64,000 bases of DNA from Deinococcales bacterium (GTDB lineage Bacteria; Deinococcota; Deinococci; Deinococcales; JAAFIG01): contig JAYWGM010000052.1 in the NCBI GenBank assembly GCA_043778225.1, positions 1-64,000 on the forward strand, in the 5' to 3' direction. The notes below the pieces were generated by a model, which saw only the letters and a program-made list of their open reading frames with translations, had not been told where the DNA came from and did not search any database. A program made the position numbers and the translations under genes. This document shows, piece by piece, positions 49,250 through 59,147 of this stretch; position 1 is the first letter of the stretch; each line of letters starts with the position of its first letter.

Positions 49250-51643
49250 TTATTTGCCAGGGCATTTGGTTGGACCACCTACAACTGTGCCTTGTCTCGA
49301 GCAAATGATTTGTACCGTGTTTTCGAGCGTAATTTCGGTGCTGATCGGCGAATCGAAAGCAAACAGCCCACGGCTTTCGCCAAGCTCGGAAATGTTGATT
49401 GTGCCATCTGGATTGATGGTGTTTTCGCGGTAGGCGGTGATGTCGTATTGCCCCGGCTCGAGGTTATCAAAAGCAAATGCCCCACCCGCACCAAGGGGGG
49501 TATCGGGGTAATTCAGGCGAGTGCGTTGGTCAGCCATATCCACTCGGTAAATTCGTAAGAAATAGCCCAGTGGGTTACTTAAAACACTGTTGCCTTGGCT
49601 GTAATACACACGTTGCTCGAGACTGCGCGTGCCATATTGAAGATTGATTCGCCCAGCAAACTGACCATTTAAGCCATTTCGGTCTACGTTAATCGTCACC
49701 ACTTGGCTCTGATTGGCGGCTAGGGTAATTACATTTGGTGTAACGCTTAAACCTGTACCAGTTGCACTGATGCTCAGGTTGGCAGCAGCATCTCCGACAT
49801 TTTTTAGGGTAAATGTGGTCTGTGTTTCGCTCGAGCCTAAATCAATTTCGCTTGGTGTGGTTCGGACAATCACTGCCCCAATGACAGGTAAAGTCGTGGC
49901 TTTTTGTAGCGCTAAATTGGCATCGAGCAAACCTGCACCGCAACCTTGAGCGCAACGGGTCAAACCACTTAAACTCGAGCTATCTTGTAAATACGAACGA
50001 ACCCGTACCCAATTGCTCGAGTCTGTGCCACGCAAAGCCAGATTGCGGCTTATCATCAGGGCAACCACACCCGCTACGTGTGGCGATGCCATGCTTGTAC
50101 CATGGTATGAGCCATAGCCAAAGTTATTGCAGGGCGGAGTTGTGCCACCAGATGGACTGTGATACTGCCCAAGGTCGCCAGTGCCACAAGCCAGCACCGA
50201 CAAGACCCCATCTTCGGCAAGGTTGCGTTGGGTAAAATCGCCGCCGGGCGCAACCACTGCCACAGTCGAACCAAAATTAGAATAACTGGCTCGAGCTTTA
50301 TTGGGGGCAAGCGCTCCAACTGCAATTACGCCTTGCAGATTGGCGGGTGTAAAGTTAGCGGCATCAATGTTGCTGTTGCCAGCCGCCACAACCACAATCA
50401 CACCTTTGGCGTTTGCGGCATCAATGGCGGCTTGTAAAACTGGGCTGGGCGATTGCTCACCGCCCAAGCTCATGTTGATGATGTTGGCAGGATTTGGATT
50501 ATTGGGCAGTCCATTTTGGGCAATTCCAGCCCCCCAGTAAACGGCGCTGGCAATACTGGCAATGTCGCCGCCCGAACCATCCAAAGCCCGAATTGGCAAA
50601 ATTTGGCTTTGCCAAGCCACCCCCGCCACACCAAGCGCATTGTTGCTGCACGCCCCAACTGTTCCAGCCACGTGTGTCCCATGAAAACCAGCACTGGGGT
50701 CAGAATCAAAAGCATTGCTATCGTTTTGCACAAAGTCATAACCAGGCAAAATTTTGGGCTTGCCGGTTGCGACCTCGCAGTCAAAGTCTGGGTGTCGTTT
50801 AGCTGGGTCGGTGGCATCCCACAAAATCCCAGAATCCAGTACACCGACCACCACACCCGCGCCAACTTCGGCTTGGCTCGAGAAACCATCCCAAGTGGCT
50901 GGCAAATTTAGCATTTCGTAGTGCCATTGTTTGGGGTACAACGGGTCGTTGGGCGCAGCTTGGGCTTTAAGAATCGTGTTTGGTTCGGCACTGGCAATGT
51001 CGGAGCGCTGACGCAGGCTGCTGATAAATTGCAAAGTTTCTGTGGCTGCCTTACCACGCACTCGAGAACTTGTACCTTGTATTCTGGCTCGAGCTTTGAG
51101 GCTTGGCGCTTCTATCAGTGCCGTGTTGCTGGCAATCCAAGTTTTGACCTCGAGACCGACTGATTGTAAACGTGCTGCTGCCCCAGCGTTCTTAAACTGT
51201 ACCAAGGCTTGCCCGGGGCGCATCTCGGCATTTTCGTAACCGGACATGGCAAATTGCACCCCCGGACGCACCACACCAGCAATACTCGAGCAATTCTTGG
51301 CTTGGGGGGCTGCCACCAGATTGACCCGAATTGGATTGCTTTGTACGACGTTCTGCCCGTCTGAAATGGTGGCGGTAAAGGTTACGACTTGGTTACTTTG
51401 GGTGGTGGTTGGAGTCAAGAGCCACGAGGTCGTTTGCCCAGTCCCCGCAAATGTGCCGATGTTGGGCGAAGCCTTAAAGCTGTACCGTAAAGCCGCGTTT
51501 TCTGGGTCTCGAGCCACCACACTTAACGCCACCGATTGACAAGGCAAAACAGTGCTGCTCGAGACCACAAAATCATCCAGTAAAGGCGGTAAATTGCGAG
51601 TGCAAGCCAGTAAAAATGGCAAAACCAATAGAATGCGGCGCAT
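49250..51643 (-). CDS. S8 subtilisin-like serine protease, lipoprotein
   Basis: Lipobox LLAC; 'VLDSG', 'HGTHVAG', 'GTSMASPHVAG'. Confidence 0.92.
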   Translation of the reverse strand: MRRILLVLPFLLACTRNLPPLLDDFVVSSSTVLPCQSVALSVVARDPENAALRYSFKASPNIGTFAGTGQTTSWLLTPTTTQSNQVVTFTATISDGQNVVQSNPIRVNLVAAPQAKNCSSIAGVVRPGVQFAMSGYENAEMRPGQALVQFKNAGAAARLQSVGLEVKTWIASNTALIEAPSLKARARIQGTSSRVRGKAATETLQFISSLRQRSDIASAEPNTILKAQAAPNDPLYPKQWHYEMLNLPATWDGFSSQAEVGAGVVVGVLDSGILWDATDPAKRHPDFDCEVATGKPKILPGYDFVQNDSNAFDSDPSAGFHGTHVAGTVGACSNNALGVAGVAWQSQILPIRALDGSGGDIASIASAVYWGAGIAQNGLPNNPNPANIINMSLGGEQSPSPVLQAAIDAANAKGVIVVVAAGNSNIDAANFTPANLQGVIAVGALAPNKARASYSNFGSTVAVVAPGGDFTQRNLAEDGVLSVLACGTGDLGQYHSPSGGTTPPCNNFGYGSYHGTSMASPHVAGVVALMISRNLALRGTDSSNWVRVRSYLQDSSSLSGLTRCAQGCGAGLLDANLALQKATTLPVIGAVIVRTTPSEIDLGSSETQTTFTLKNVGDAAANLSISATGTGLSVTPNVITLAANQSQVVTINVDRNGLNGQFAGRINLQYGTRSLEQRVYYSQGNSVLSNPLGYFLRIYRVDMADQRTRLNYPDTPLGAGGAFAFDNLEPGQYDITAYRENTINPDGTINISELGESRGLFAFDSPISTEITLENTVQIICSRQGTVVGGPTKCPGK

Positions 51644-51834
51644 GGTGTTAGTTTACTGCACAATGTGCAATTTTTCTAAGTACCTGACAGTAACCTAAGT
51701 AGATCGTTTTTAACGACATACTTCGACTCGCCAAAAACAAGAATTTGTACCAGTATCTCGAATCCACTACTCAAAAGTCCATAGAAGTATTGGAAAACCT
51801 TGACTTTATAAAAACCGTCCGATACTGTCAAATC

Positions 51835-52614
51835 ATGATTCATTCACTTGGTTACAAAACCGATTTGTTCTTCCGTGGCTTTGAAGGCGAAGTTCTCGAG
51901 CGCGAACAGTACACCGTTATTCGCACCCCCAAAAATCCCACCTTTCGCTGGGGAAATTTTTTATTGTTCAAGCACGCTCCAAGCAAAGCCGACCTCGAGC
52001 CGTGGCTGGCAGCTTTTGCCCTCGAGCATCCTAATGCACCACACATTGCGCTTGGTTGGGACGACCCCGAAAATGCTGGCGATGTGACCGCTTTTACCCA
52101 AGCTGGTTTTGAATTTGACCAGAGCATTGTCATGAGTGCCAAAGCCGTTTATGCCCCGCCAAAAATCAATACCGATTGCCAAATTCGTGTTCTCGAGCCA
52201 TCTGACCAACCCGAGTGGATTGACCTCGAGTGTGGAGTCAACGATGCCCTGCCAGAATCGGAGCGTGAAGGGGCTGGCTACCGAACTTTTGTTGAACGCA
52301 AAAGCGCAGAACTCGAGCGGATGAGTGCGGCGGGTCATGGGCATTTCTGGGGTGCATTTCTCGAGGGGCGCTTGACTGCTAGTTTGGGCTTGTATTTCTG
52401 GCAGGGCGTGGGGCGTTTTCAGTGGGTTGCCACACACCCGAAATTTCGGCGGCGCGGCTTATGCGCTACACTGGTGCATCATGTGGCTAAACTTGGACTC
52501 GAGCGTGTGGATACTTTGGTGATGGTGGCTGACCCCGAATATGTGGCGGCTGGCATTTACGAAAGCGTTGGTTTTAGAATCTCCGAAAAACAGTTTCAAC
52601 TCGAGAAAATATGA
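51835..52614 (+). CDS. GNAT acetyltransferase
   Basis: 'VATHPKFRRRGL', 'YESVGF'; promoter TTGACT-17-TACTGT-N6-ATG. Confidence 0.85.
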   Translation: MIHSLGYKTDLFFRGFEGEVLEREQYTVIRTPKNPTFRWGNFLLFKHAPSKADLEPWLAAFALEHPNAPHIALGWDDPENAGDVTAFTQAGFEFDQSIVMSAKAVYAPPKINTDCQIRVLEPSDQPEWIDLECGVNDALPESEREGAGYRTFVERKSAELERMSAAGHGHFWGAFLEGRLTASLGLYFWQGVGRFQWVATHPKFRRRGLCATLVHHVAKLGLERVDTLVMVADPEYVAAGIYESVGFRISEKQFQLEKI

Positions 52615-53774
52615 ATTATCAACCGACGCTTGATTATATCCGTACTTATTGGCAGCGCATTATTCGTTCTACGCCAACAGACATCGGTACACTGATTGGG
52701 TTGCCCAAGCCGTACTTTGTACCGAGCGAGAATCCCATTTTTATTGAGATGTTTTATTGGGATAGCTATTTTATTGCCCTAGGCTTGGTCGGCACAGAAC
52801 ACGAATTTCGTATCCTCGAGATGCTTGAAAACTTTGCCGCCCTCTATAAACGCTTTGGGGTGATTCCCAACGGCAGCCGCTTCTATTTTTTATCGCGCAG
52901 CCAACCGCCTTTTTTGCTCGAGATGATTAAATTGGGCTGGGAAATCAAAAAACATCAAACCGATGCTGCTGCTTGGCTCGAGGAAATGCTTTTAATCGCC
53001 GAAGACGAACACCAAAATGTCTGGTTGGCAAGCCAACACCCACATCATCGTAACGTTTACCAAGGCTTATCGCGCTACTTTGACATCAATTACTTGGATG
53101 CTTTGGCGAGTTGCGAAAGCGGTTGGGACCACAGTACACGCTGCTCAGACAAATGGCTCGAGCATTTGCCGATAGACCTGAACGCGATTTTGTATGCCCG
53201 CGAACAAGACATGGCAATGTTTTTTGAGTTGCTTGGCAATACCGAACGGGCTGCCTACTGGAAAACCCAAGCCGAGGCTCGAGCCGAAACGATCAATACT
53301 TTAATGTGGGACGAAAGCCAAGGCTTTTATTTTGATTACAATTACCGCCTCAAGCAAATTAACTCACACCCCAGCTTGGCAGGGTTCTACCCACTTTGGG
53401 CAGGGCTTGCCACGCCACAACAAGCGGCTCGAGTCGTGCAGGACTGGCTACCGCGTTTTGAGCGCATTGGCGGCTTACTGACCACCCTCGAGACCAAAGA
53501 AGGGCATCAGTGGGCAGCCCCAAATGGTTGGTCGCCACTACAATGGCTGGTGGTGGCTGGACTCGAGCGATACGGCTTTAACCTCGAGGCACAGCGCATC
53601 ATGCGAGCATGGTGCGACAACAACGCCAATGTGTTTAACAAAACAGGGGCGCTCTGGGAAAAATATAATGTCGAAGACATCGGCGCAGAAAGTGAAGGCG
53701 GGTTGTACGGTGCATTGCAAGGCTTTGGATGGACAAATGGAGTCTTCTGGGATTTTGCCAAGCGATTACAATAA
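52611..53774 (+). CDS. Trehalase (GH37)
   Basis: 'EMFYWDSY', 'IPNG', 'RSQPP', 'ESGWD.STR', 'QW..PNGW', 'GFGWTNG'; no signal peptide. Confidence 0.9.
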   Translation: MNYQPTLDYIRTYWQRIIRSTPTDIGTLIGLPKPYFVPSENPIFIEMFYWDSYFIALGLVGTEHEFRILEMLENFAALYKRFGVIPNGSRFYFLSRSQPPFLLEMIKLGWEIKKHQTDAAAWLEEMLLIAEDEHQNVWLASQHPHHRNVYQGLSRYFDINYLDALASCESGWDHSTRCSDKWLEHLPIDLNAILYAREQDMAMFFELLGNTERAAYWKTQAEARAETINTLMWDESQGFYFDYNYRLKQINSHPSLAGFYPLWAGLATPQQAARVVQDWLPRFERIGGLLTTLETKEGHQWAAPNGWSPLQWLVVAGLERYGFNLEAQRIMRAWCDNNANVFNKTGALWEKYNVEDIGAESEGGLYGALQGFGWTNGVFWDFAKRLQ

Positions 53775-53848
53775 TGGACGTAGAAACCTTTAAGATATGT
53801 CATTAAACAGTTTAGGGATGAAATTTTACAAGGTAAACAGAGGAGCAT

Positions 53849-55087
53849 ATGGCTTTAATTGAAGGATTTCGGGTGCAAAATTACCGTGCATTACACGATG
53901 TCACCTTGGGTAAATTATCTAACTTGCAAAGTGCTTCGCCACTCAGTCCATTAACCGTGGTGATTGGTCAAAATGGCGTAGGCAAGAGTACGCTATTTGA
54001 TGCTTTCGGATTTGTTGCCGATTGCCTCAACATTGGGGTAGAAGCCGCTTGCGATGCCAAACAACGCGGTGGGTTTGAGAATTTGCGTTCTCGAGGAACA
54101 ATTGAATCAATGATTTTTGAAATTTATTACCGTGAAAGCCAAGGTGAACGCCCAATCACTTACGAATTAAAAATAGGTTTAGATAAAACAAATCGTCCTT
54201 ATGTTGAATCAGAAATTCTTAAACAACGTCGTAAAGGTGTTGCTAAAGGGCAACCATTCCCATTTCTTCAATTACGTCGTGGAAGGGGTCTTGTTTGGGC
54301 TGGTTTTGACGCAGTTGAAGACGATACAACTGAAGATGCCACTAAAGAAGTTATTCAACTCACAGATACTCGGCAATTGGGGATTGCAACCCTTGGTACA
54401 CTCAAGGAACACCCTCGAATCAAAAAATTTCGTGATTTTCTGCGCGACTGGTACTTATCGTATATGTACCCAGATGCAATGCGTGGCATTCCAGTTGCAG
54501 GTCCTCAAAAACACTTAAATGTGCATGGCGATAATGTGGGTAACGTGGTTCAATTTATGGAACGCGAATACAAGGAGCGTTTCAATTTGATTCTGCAACG
54601 CATTGCCACAAAAATTCCTGGTATTCAAAGCATAAATACCCATGTCACAGAAGACCGACGGGTACTACTGCGGTTTAATGATGCTGCTTTTCAAGACCCG
54701 TTCTTTGCAGGGCAGATGTCTGACGGGACGCTGAAAATATTCGCGTATTTACTAATGCTTGAAGACCCAGACCCACCACCTTTTATCGGTATTGAAGAAC
54801 CCGAAAATGGTCTGTATCATAAACTCCTCGAGACTCTGGCTACCGAATTTCGCGCTCATGCCACAGGTAAGAAAAATGCGCCTCAAATTTTTGTGACCAC
54901 CCACCAACCTTACCTTGTGGATGCCCTTTCGCCAGAAGAAGTCTGGATTCTCGAGAAAGGTGCAGATGGTTTTTCTAAAGCGAGGCGCGTATCAGAATTA
55001 GCCGTGGTTAAGAACTTGGTTGCCGAAGGGCTGCCACTTGGGGCGCTTTGGTACAGCGATTATTTTGAGGCTAAAAATGCACATTGA
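53849..55087 (+). CDS. ABC/AAA_21-type ATPase (defence-associated class)
   Basis: GQNGVGKST, MSDGTL, 'IEEPENGLY', 'TTHQP'. Confidence 0.85.
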   Translation: MALIEGFRVQNYRALHDVTLGKLSNLQSASPLSPLTVVIGQNGVGKSTLFDAFGFVADCLNIGVEAACDAKQRGGFENLRSRGTIESMIFEIYYRESQGERPITYELKIGLDKTNRPYVESEILKQRRKGVAKGQPFPFLQLRRGRGLVWAGFDAVEDDTTEDATKEVIQLTDTRQLGIATLGTLKEHPRIKKFRDFLRDWYLSYMYPDAMRGIPVAGPQKHLNVHGDNVGNVVQFMEREYKERFNLILQRIATKIPGIQSINTHVTEDRRVLLRFNDAAFQDPFFAGQMSDGTLKIFAYLLMLEDPDPPPFIGIEEPENGLYHKLLETLATEFRAHATGKKNAPQIFVTTHQPYLVDALSPEEVWILEKGADGFSKARRVSELAVVKNLVAEGLPLGALWYSDYFEAKNAH

Positions 55088-55721
55088 ATTTTTGGTTGAA
55101 GACCAATCAGGCAAAGTGCTGCTTGAGAAGTTAATTCCAAGAATTCTTGGTGAACAAAGTCAGCCTCATACATGGAATTTGCATTCTTACAAAGGTATTG
55201 GGCGTATTCCACAAAACTTAAATCACCAAGCAGACCCATCAAAACGAATTTTGCTTGACCGATTACCACAAATTCTAAAAGGTTATGGGCAAACACCTGG
55301 TTATGATGCTGTTGTGATAGTTCTTGATTCAGACCGTCGAAATTGCCAAGAGTTTTTACAAGAATTAAAAGACCTTTTACAAAATGTACAACCCGCACCG
55401 CAAACCCTGTTTCGATTAGCCATTGAAGAAATGGAGGCATGGTATTTTGGTGACCGAGCAGCCCTATTAAAAGCCTATCCAAGAGCCAAAAAGAACATTC
55501 TGGATAGATACATACAAGACAGTGTTTGTGGCACATGGGAATTACTCGCCGATGCTATTCATACAGGTGGTTCAGCGGCTTTACCTAATTTTGCTTTGGC
55601 AGGAAAAGCCAAAAGTGAATGGGCTGAACGCATTGGTGAGCAAATGTTACCTGAAGATAACCAATCACCAAGTTTTGTAAAGTTTCGGGATGGGGTAAAG
55701 CGCTTATTAACTACAACTTGA
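55077..55721 (+). CDS. DUF4276-like (TOPRIM-type) partner protein
   Basis: 'FLVEDQS', 'VLDSD', 'EEMEAWYFGD', 'NQSPSF'; overlaps the ATPase stop. Confidence 0.75.
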   Translation: MHIEFLVEDQSGKVLLEKLIPRILGEQSQPHTWNLHSYKGIGRIPQNLNHQADPSKRILLDRLPQILKGYGQTPGYDAVVIVLDSDRRNCQEFLQELKDLLQNVQPAPQTLFRLAIEEMEAWYFGDRAALLKAYPRAKKNILDRYIQDSVCGTWELLADAIHTGGSAALPNFALAGKAKSEWAERIGEQMLPEDNQSPSFVKFRDGVKRLLTTT

Positions 55722-55808
55722 ACTACACAGGGATAATCGTAGAGATACACTCTAGTTCATATATTTATTTTCATCAGACACTCATGCCATTCCTCGAGAC
55801 TTGCACCC

Positions 55809-56834
55809 ATGTCAAAGATTCGTTTACTTGTGCTGTGCGGCGGTCAATCCGAAGAACACGAGGTCAGTTTATCCAGTGCCAAAAGTGTACTCGAGGCACT
55901 ACCCAAAGACCGTTTTGAAGTCACGCCAGTGGTCATTACAAGGCAGGGCAAATGGTTGCCACCTTCCGAAACGCCACAAGCCCTTGAACGAGGCAGTGCC
56001 TCGAGCGGCGGTGAGATGGTCTTAGCCCAAGCCTCGAGCGCTGCAGAATTTGATGCGGTTTTTCCACTGCTGCACGGACCAATGGGCGAAGATGGCACAA
56101 TTCAAGGTCTGTTGCGTCTGGCTAACATTCCTTTTGTTGGCTCGAGCGTCATGTCCAGCGCGGTCTGTATGGATAAAATCATGATGAAGGATGTGCTGGC
56201 AAATTATCACATCCCCCAAGTCGCATACCTTGCTGTGAGTAAAAACGAATTCTCGAGCCACCCCGAAAAAGTGCTGGCACACCTCGAGCCACTGGGCTTT
56301 CCAGTCTTTGTCAAACCCGCTAACCTAGGCTCGAGCGTTGGCATTTCTAAAGCCAAAAATACCGATGAATTACTGGTGGCATTGCGTTTTGCTTTTGGTT
56401 TTGACCGCCGTGTGATTGTTGAAGCCAGCACCAATGGCAAACCCCGTGAACTCGAGGTGGCAATTTTGGGCAACGACGACCCTCAAGCCAGTCCAGTTGG
56501 CGAACTGACTTTTGATTCCGAATTTTACGACTACGAAACCAAATACACGGCTGGTCGTGCCGAAATGCACATTCCCGCCAATGTTCCACCCAAAATATCG
56601 GCTCGAGTTCAAGCATTGGCGCTCGAGGCGTACAAAATTTTGGACTGCGCTGGACTGGCACGAATTGACTTTTTTTATCTTCCAGCCTCGGGAGAGTTAT
56701 TTTTGAACGAACTGAACACCATTCCAGGATTCACCAAAACCAGTATGTATCCAAAACTCTGGGAGGCTGGCGGAATCAGCTATGGTGAATTGGTCTCGAG
56801 ACTGGTTGAACTGGCGCTTGAGCAAAGGCAGTAG
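55809..56834 (+). CDS. ddl: D-alanine--D-alanine ligase
   Basis: '[10 protein letters not shown]', 'LHGPMGEDG', 'GSSVG', '[10 protein letters not shown]'. Confidence 0.96.
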   Translation: MSKIRLLVLCGGQSEEHEVSLSSAKSVLEALPKDRFEVTPVVITRQGKWLPPSETPQALERGSASSGGEMVLAQASSAAEFDAVFPLLHGPMGEDGTIQGLLRLANIPFVGSSVMSSAVCMDKIMMKDVLANYHIPQVAYLAVSKNEFSSHPEKVLAHLEPLGFPVFVKPANLGSSVGISKAKNTDELLVALRFAFGFDRRVIVEASTNGKPRELEVAILGNDDPQASPVGELTFDSEFYDYETKYTAGRAEMHIPANVPPKISARVQALALEAYKILDCAGLARIDFFYLPASGELFLNELNTIPGFTKTSMYPKLWEAGGISYGELVSRLVELALEQRQ

Positions 56835-56838
56835 AACA

Positions 56839-56898
56839 CGATTTCACAGCACTTGCAGATGCGATTTCACAGCACTTGCAGATGCGATTTCACAGCAC
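56839..56898. repeat. Tandem repeat (23-bp period, 2.6 copies) spanning a stop codon
   Basis: CGATTTCACAGCACTTGCAGATG x2 plus CGATTTCACAGCAC. Confidence 0.9.
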
Positions 56899-57342
56899 CT
56901 CGAGATGAAAACGCTTGCCCAATTCGGTGAACCCAAAACCCTCGAGAACCGCTTTATCCACGGTACTTTCGAGGGTTAAAACCAAGTCTATACTCGAGCA
57001 ACCCATGCCCTGACACGCGCCAAGGGCTTGTTCTAAAAGCGCACTGGCAACACTCGAGTCTGCCACACTTGGGCGTACCACCACACGGTCTATTAAGCCA
57101 CTTGGGCTTTGGTCGAGTAAGCCCCAACGGACATGAAGCGAAGCAAATCCGAGCAAACTTTGGTTAGGCGCAACCGCCACCAAAAAAGTTGCTCCGGGGG
57201 TTTGCAATAAGCGCAGCACATTGGTGTTGAGGGCTGCCAAGACTCCTTCATCAAGCCGAGGGCGTTTCAGCAGTTCGGCTAAAATCGGGGCTAAACCAGC
57301 CGCATCTGAAGGTGTACCAACTCGGACAGTGTATTCACGCAT
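56890..57342 (-). CDS. GNAT-fold protein
   Basis: 'LLGFASL...IDRVVVRP...ALLEQAL...GF'; acetyl-CoA loop looks degenerate. Confidence 0.65.
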   Translation of the reverse strand: MREYTVRVGTPSDAAGLAPILAELLKRPRLDEGVLAALNTNVLRLLQTPGATFLVAVAPNQSLLGFASLHVRWGLLDQSPSGLIDRVVVRPSVADSSVASALLEQALGACQGMGCSSIDLVLTLESTVDKAVLEGFGFTELGKRFHLEVL

Positions 57343-57401
57343 AGGAATACGGTACGACAGAAAAGAGGAAAGAAGAAAGGGGGAAAAATCTGGAAAAATT
57401 T

Positions 57402-58367
57402 CTAAACCACTTCTAATTTCTGGTGTGGCTCGAGTGGCAAAATCACTTCGATGCTGTTGCCAGACCGAACTTCGCCGCCAGCCAGCACAATGCACATGAT
57501 GCCGGCTTTGCGAATCAGATTGCCGTCTGGGTCGGTCTCGAGAACTGCTTTCAATAAACCTTCTTGTAAGCCATCAATTTGTAAACACGGGTTACGCAGC
57601 CCAGTCACTTCAAGTTCAACTGTGCCAATTTTGAGAATCGTGCCTTTGGGTAACTCAAGCAATGCTAGACCTTGGGTGGTGATGTTTTCGCCCATTTGCC
57701 CAGCCACAAGATTAAACCCTTTGGCAGCCACTTCTTCAAATAATTCGGCATGAAGCAAATGCACTTGGCGTAAATTGGGCTGATTTGGGTCTCGAGCCAC
57801 CCGCGAGCGGTGCTTGACGGTTATGCCTTGGTGCGCGTCGGCTTCTACGCCTAAACCCTCCAGAATTCGGATGGATTCGACGACTTCTTTACTCATGGTG
57901 TGGGTGGCACTGCGGCTGACCGCCACCACACTGGCGGCGGCAAATGGCGTAGCAAAACCAAAAGCAGCTTGGCTGCTGCCATTGGCACGCAAGAAATCAA
58001 GTTTGGCTTGGGCTTCCTCGAGTGTTGGAATATGATTGTCTGGAATCCACCACAGCACTGTGCCAGTTTGCTCGAGTGGGGTAAACCATTCTTTGCGGCG
58101 TTTGAGATAATGGGTATGCCCACTGTTAAAAACATAGTGGCGTAGGCTCTCGAGGTTGTTCCAAACGCTCATGTTGACCAGAATTGTCGGGTCGTCGTAC
58201 ATCCGAAAATTGGTGGCGGTATTGTGTTCGTCTTTTAAGATCCAAACAAATCCAGGGCTGCTTTCGGCAAGTAAATTGATGGCACTCAAAGCCAGCACAA
58301 AATCCTGCATTTCTAAAGACTCGAGCGGATAGGCTATTCGGGCAAGGTTTAATTGGGCAAGTTTCAT
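57402..58367 (-). CDS. DUF3291 + MOSC domain fusion
   Basis: 'LAQLN...AESSPGFVW...NMSVW...RRKEWF...LWW' followed by 'RQVHL...GENIT...RNPC.QI'. Confidence 0.8.
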   Translation of the reverse strand: MKLAQLNLARIAYPLESLEMQDFVLALSAINLLAESSPGFVWILKDEHNTATNFRMYDDPTILVNMSVWNNLESLRHYVFNSGHTHYLKRRKEWFTPLEQTGTVLWWIPDNHIPTLEEAQAKLDFLRANGSSQAAFGFATPFAAASVVAVSRSATHTMSKEVVESIRILEGLGVEADAHQGITVKHRSRVARDPNQPNLRQVHLLHAELFEEVAAKGFNLVAGQMGENITTQGLALLELPKGTILKIGTVELEVTGLRNPCLQIDGLQEGLLKAVLETDPDGNLIRKAGIMCIVLAGGEVRSGNSIEVILPLEPHQKLEVV

Positions 58368-58450
58368 GTGGTTATTTTAGCACTGCTCTCGAGCCACCCT
58401 CCGACTTTGGTATGGCAACCAAATGACATCTGACCTCGTATACTGATTTT

Positions 58451-59089
58451 ATGAAACGATACTTGTTGGCAATTTTAGCCTTCGCCTTGGTGGGTTGCAA
58501 TTTACCAGACCCACAAGAAGCCGCCCGCCTAAAAACCGAAAACGAAACTTTGCAAGCCCAAGTCAGCAGCCTGACTTCACAGCGCGATGCAGCCGTCCTC
58601 GAACGCAATGACCTGCGGCAGCGCTTAGAGCAGATTAAAGCCGCCCTCGAGAATTTACCAACCAGCACCTCGAGCAGCGCTTTGGTTGCTCCTGTTGTGC
58701 CGCCAGTACCAGAAACACCTGTTGTGCCGCCAGTACCAGAAACACCTGTTGTGCCAGAGACACCACCCGCCACAACTCCAGAAACGCCAGCCATGCCAGA
58801 AGCTCCAGCAGCCCCAGCCACCCCAGACTCGAGCAGCACGCCGCTTATTCCAAGCAGCGCTCTCGAGAAACTGCAAGCCTATGCCAACGAAGTCCTGACC
58901 GCCGCCCAGAACTTTAAGGCGCAAACCAAGCAAGAAGCGCCGACCAATTGCAAAGATGGGTATGCCGCAGGGGCATATAACGTTCAAGACAGCTTGGACT
59001 TAAAAGAATGCAGTATTTTGGCAGAATCTAACGGCGATTATCGGGTCACGGCTCGAGATGCGAGTGGCAACAGCGTCAGCGTTCCATAA
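58451..59089 (+). CDS. Lipoprotein: coiled coil, Pro-rich linker, pilin-head-like domain
   Basis: Lipobox LVGC; 27-bp in-frame repeat PVVPPVPET (58691-58757); two-Cys C-terminal domain. Confidence 0.7.
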   Translation: MKRYLLAILAFALVGCNLPDPQEAARLKTENETLQAQVSSLTSQRDAAVLERNDLRQRLEQIKAALENLPTSTSSSALVAPVVPPVPETPVVPPVPETPVVPETPPATTPETPAMPEAPAAPATPDSSSTPLIPSSALEKLQAYANEVLTAAQNFKAQTKQEAPTNCKDGYAAGAYNVQDSLDLKECSILAESNGDYRVTARDASGNSVSVP

Positions 59090-59147
59090 CCTGTTGTCCC
59101 TACAGTAGTACCAACTTCTCATCTCGAGAATTTCGTATGCTCTGGGC

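Noticed and set aside
4544..56898. Short direct repeats (4544, 18018, 47520, 56839) as mini-CRISPR arrays
   Set aside because: The units are adjacent with no unique spacers, differ between loci, and no cas genes are present.
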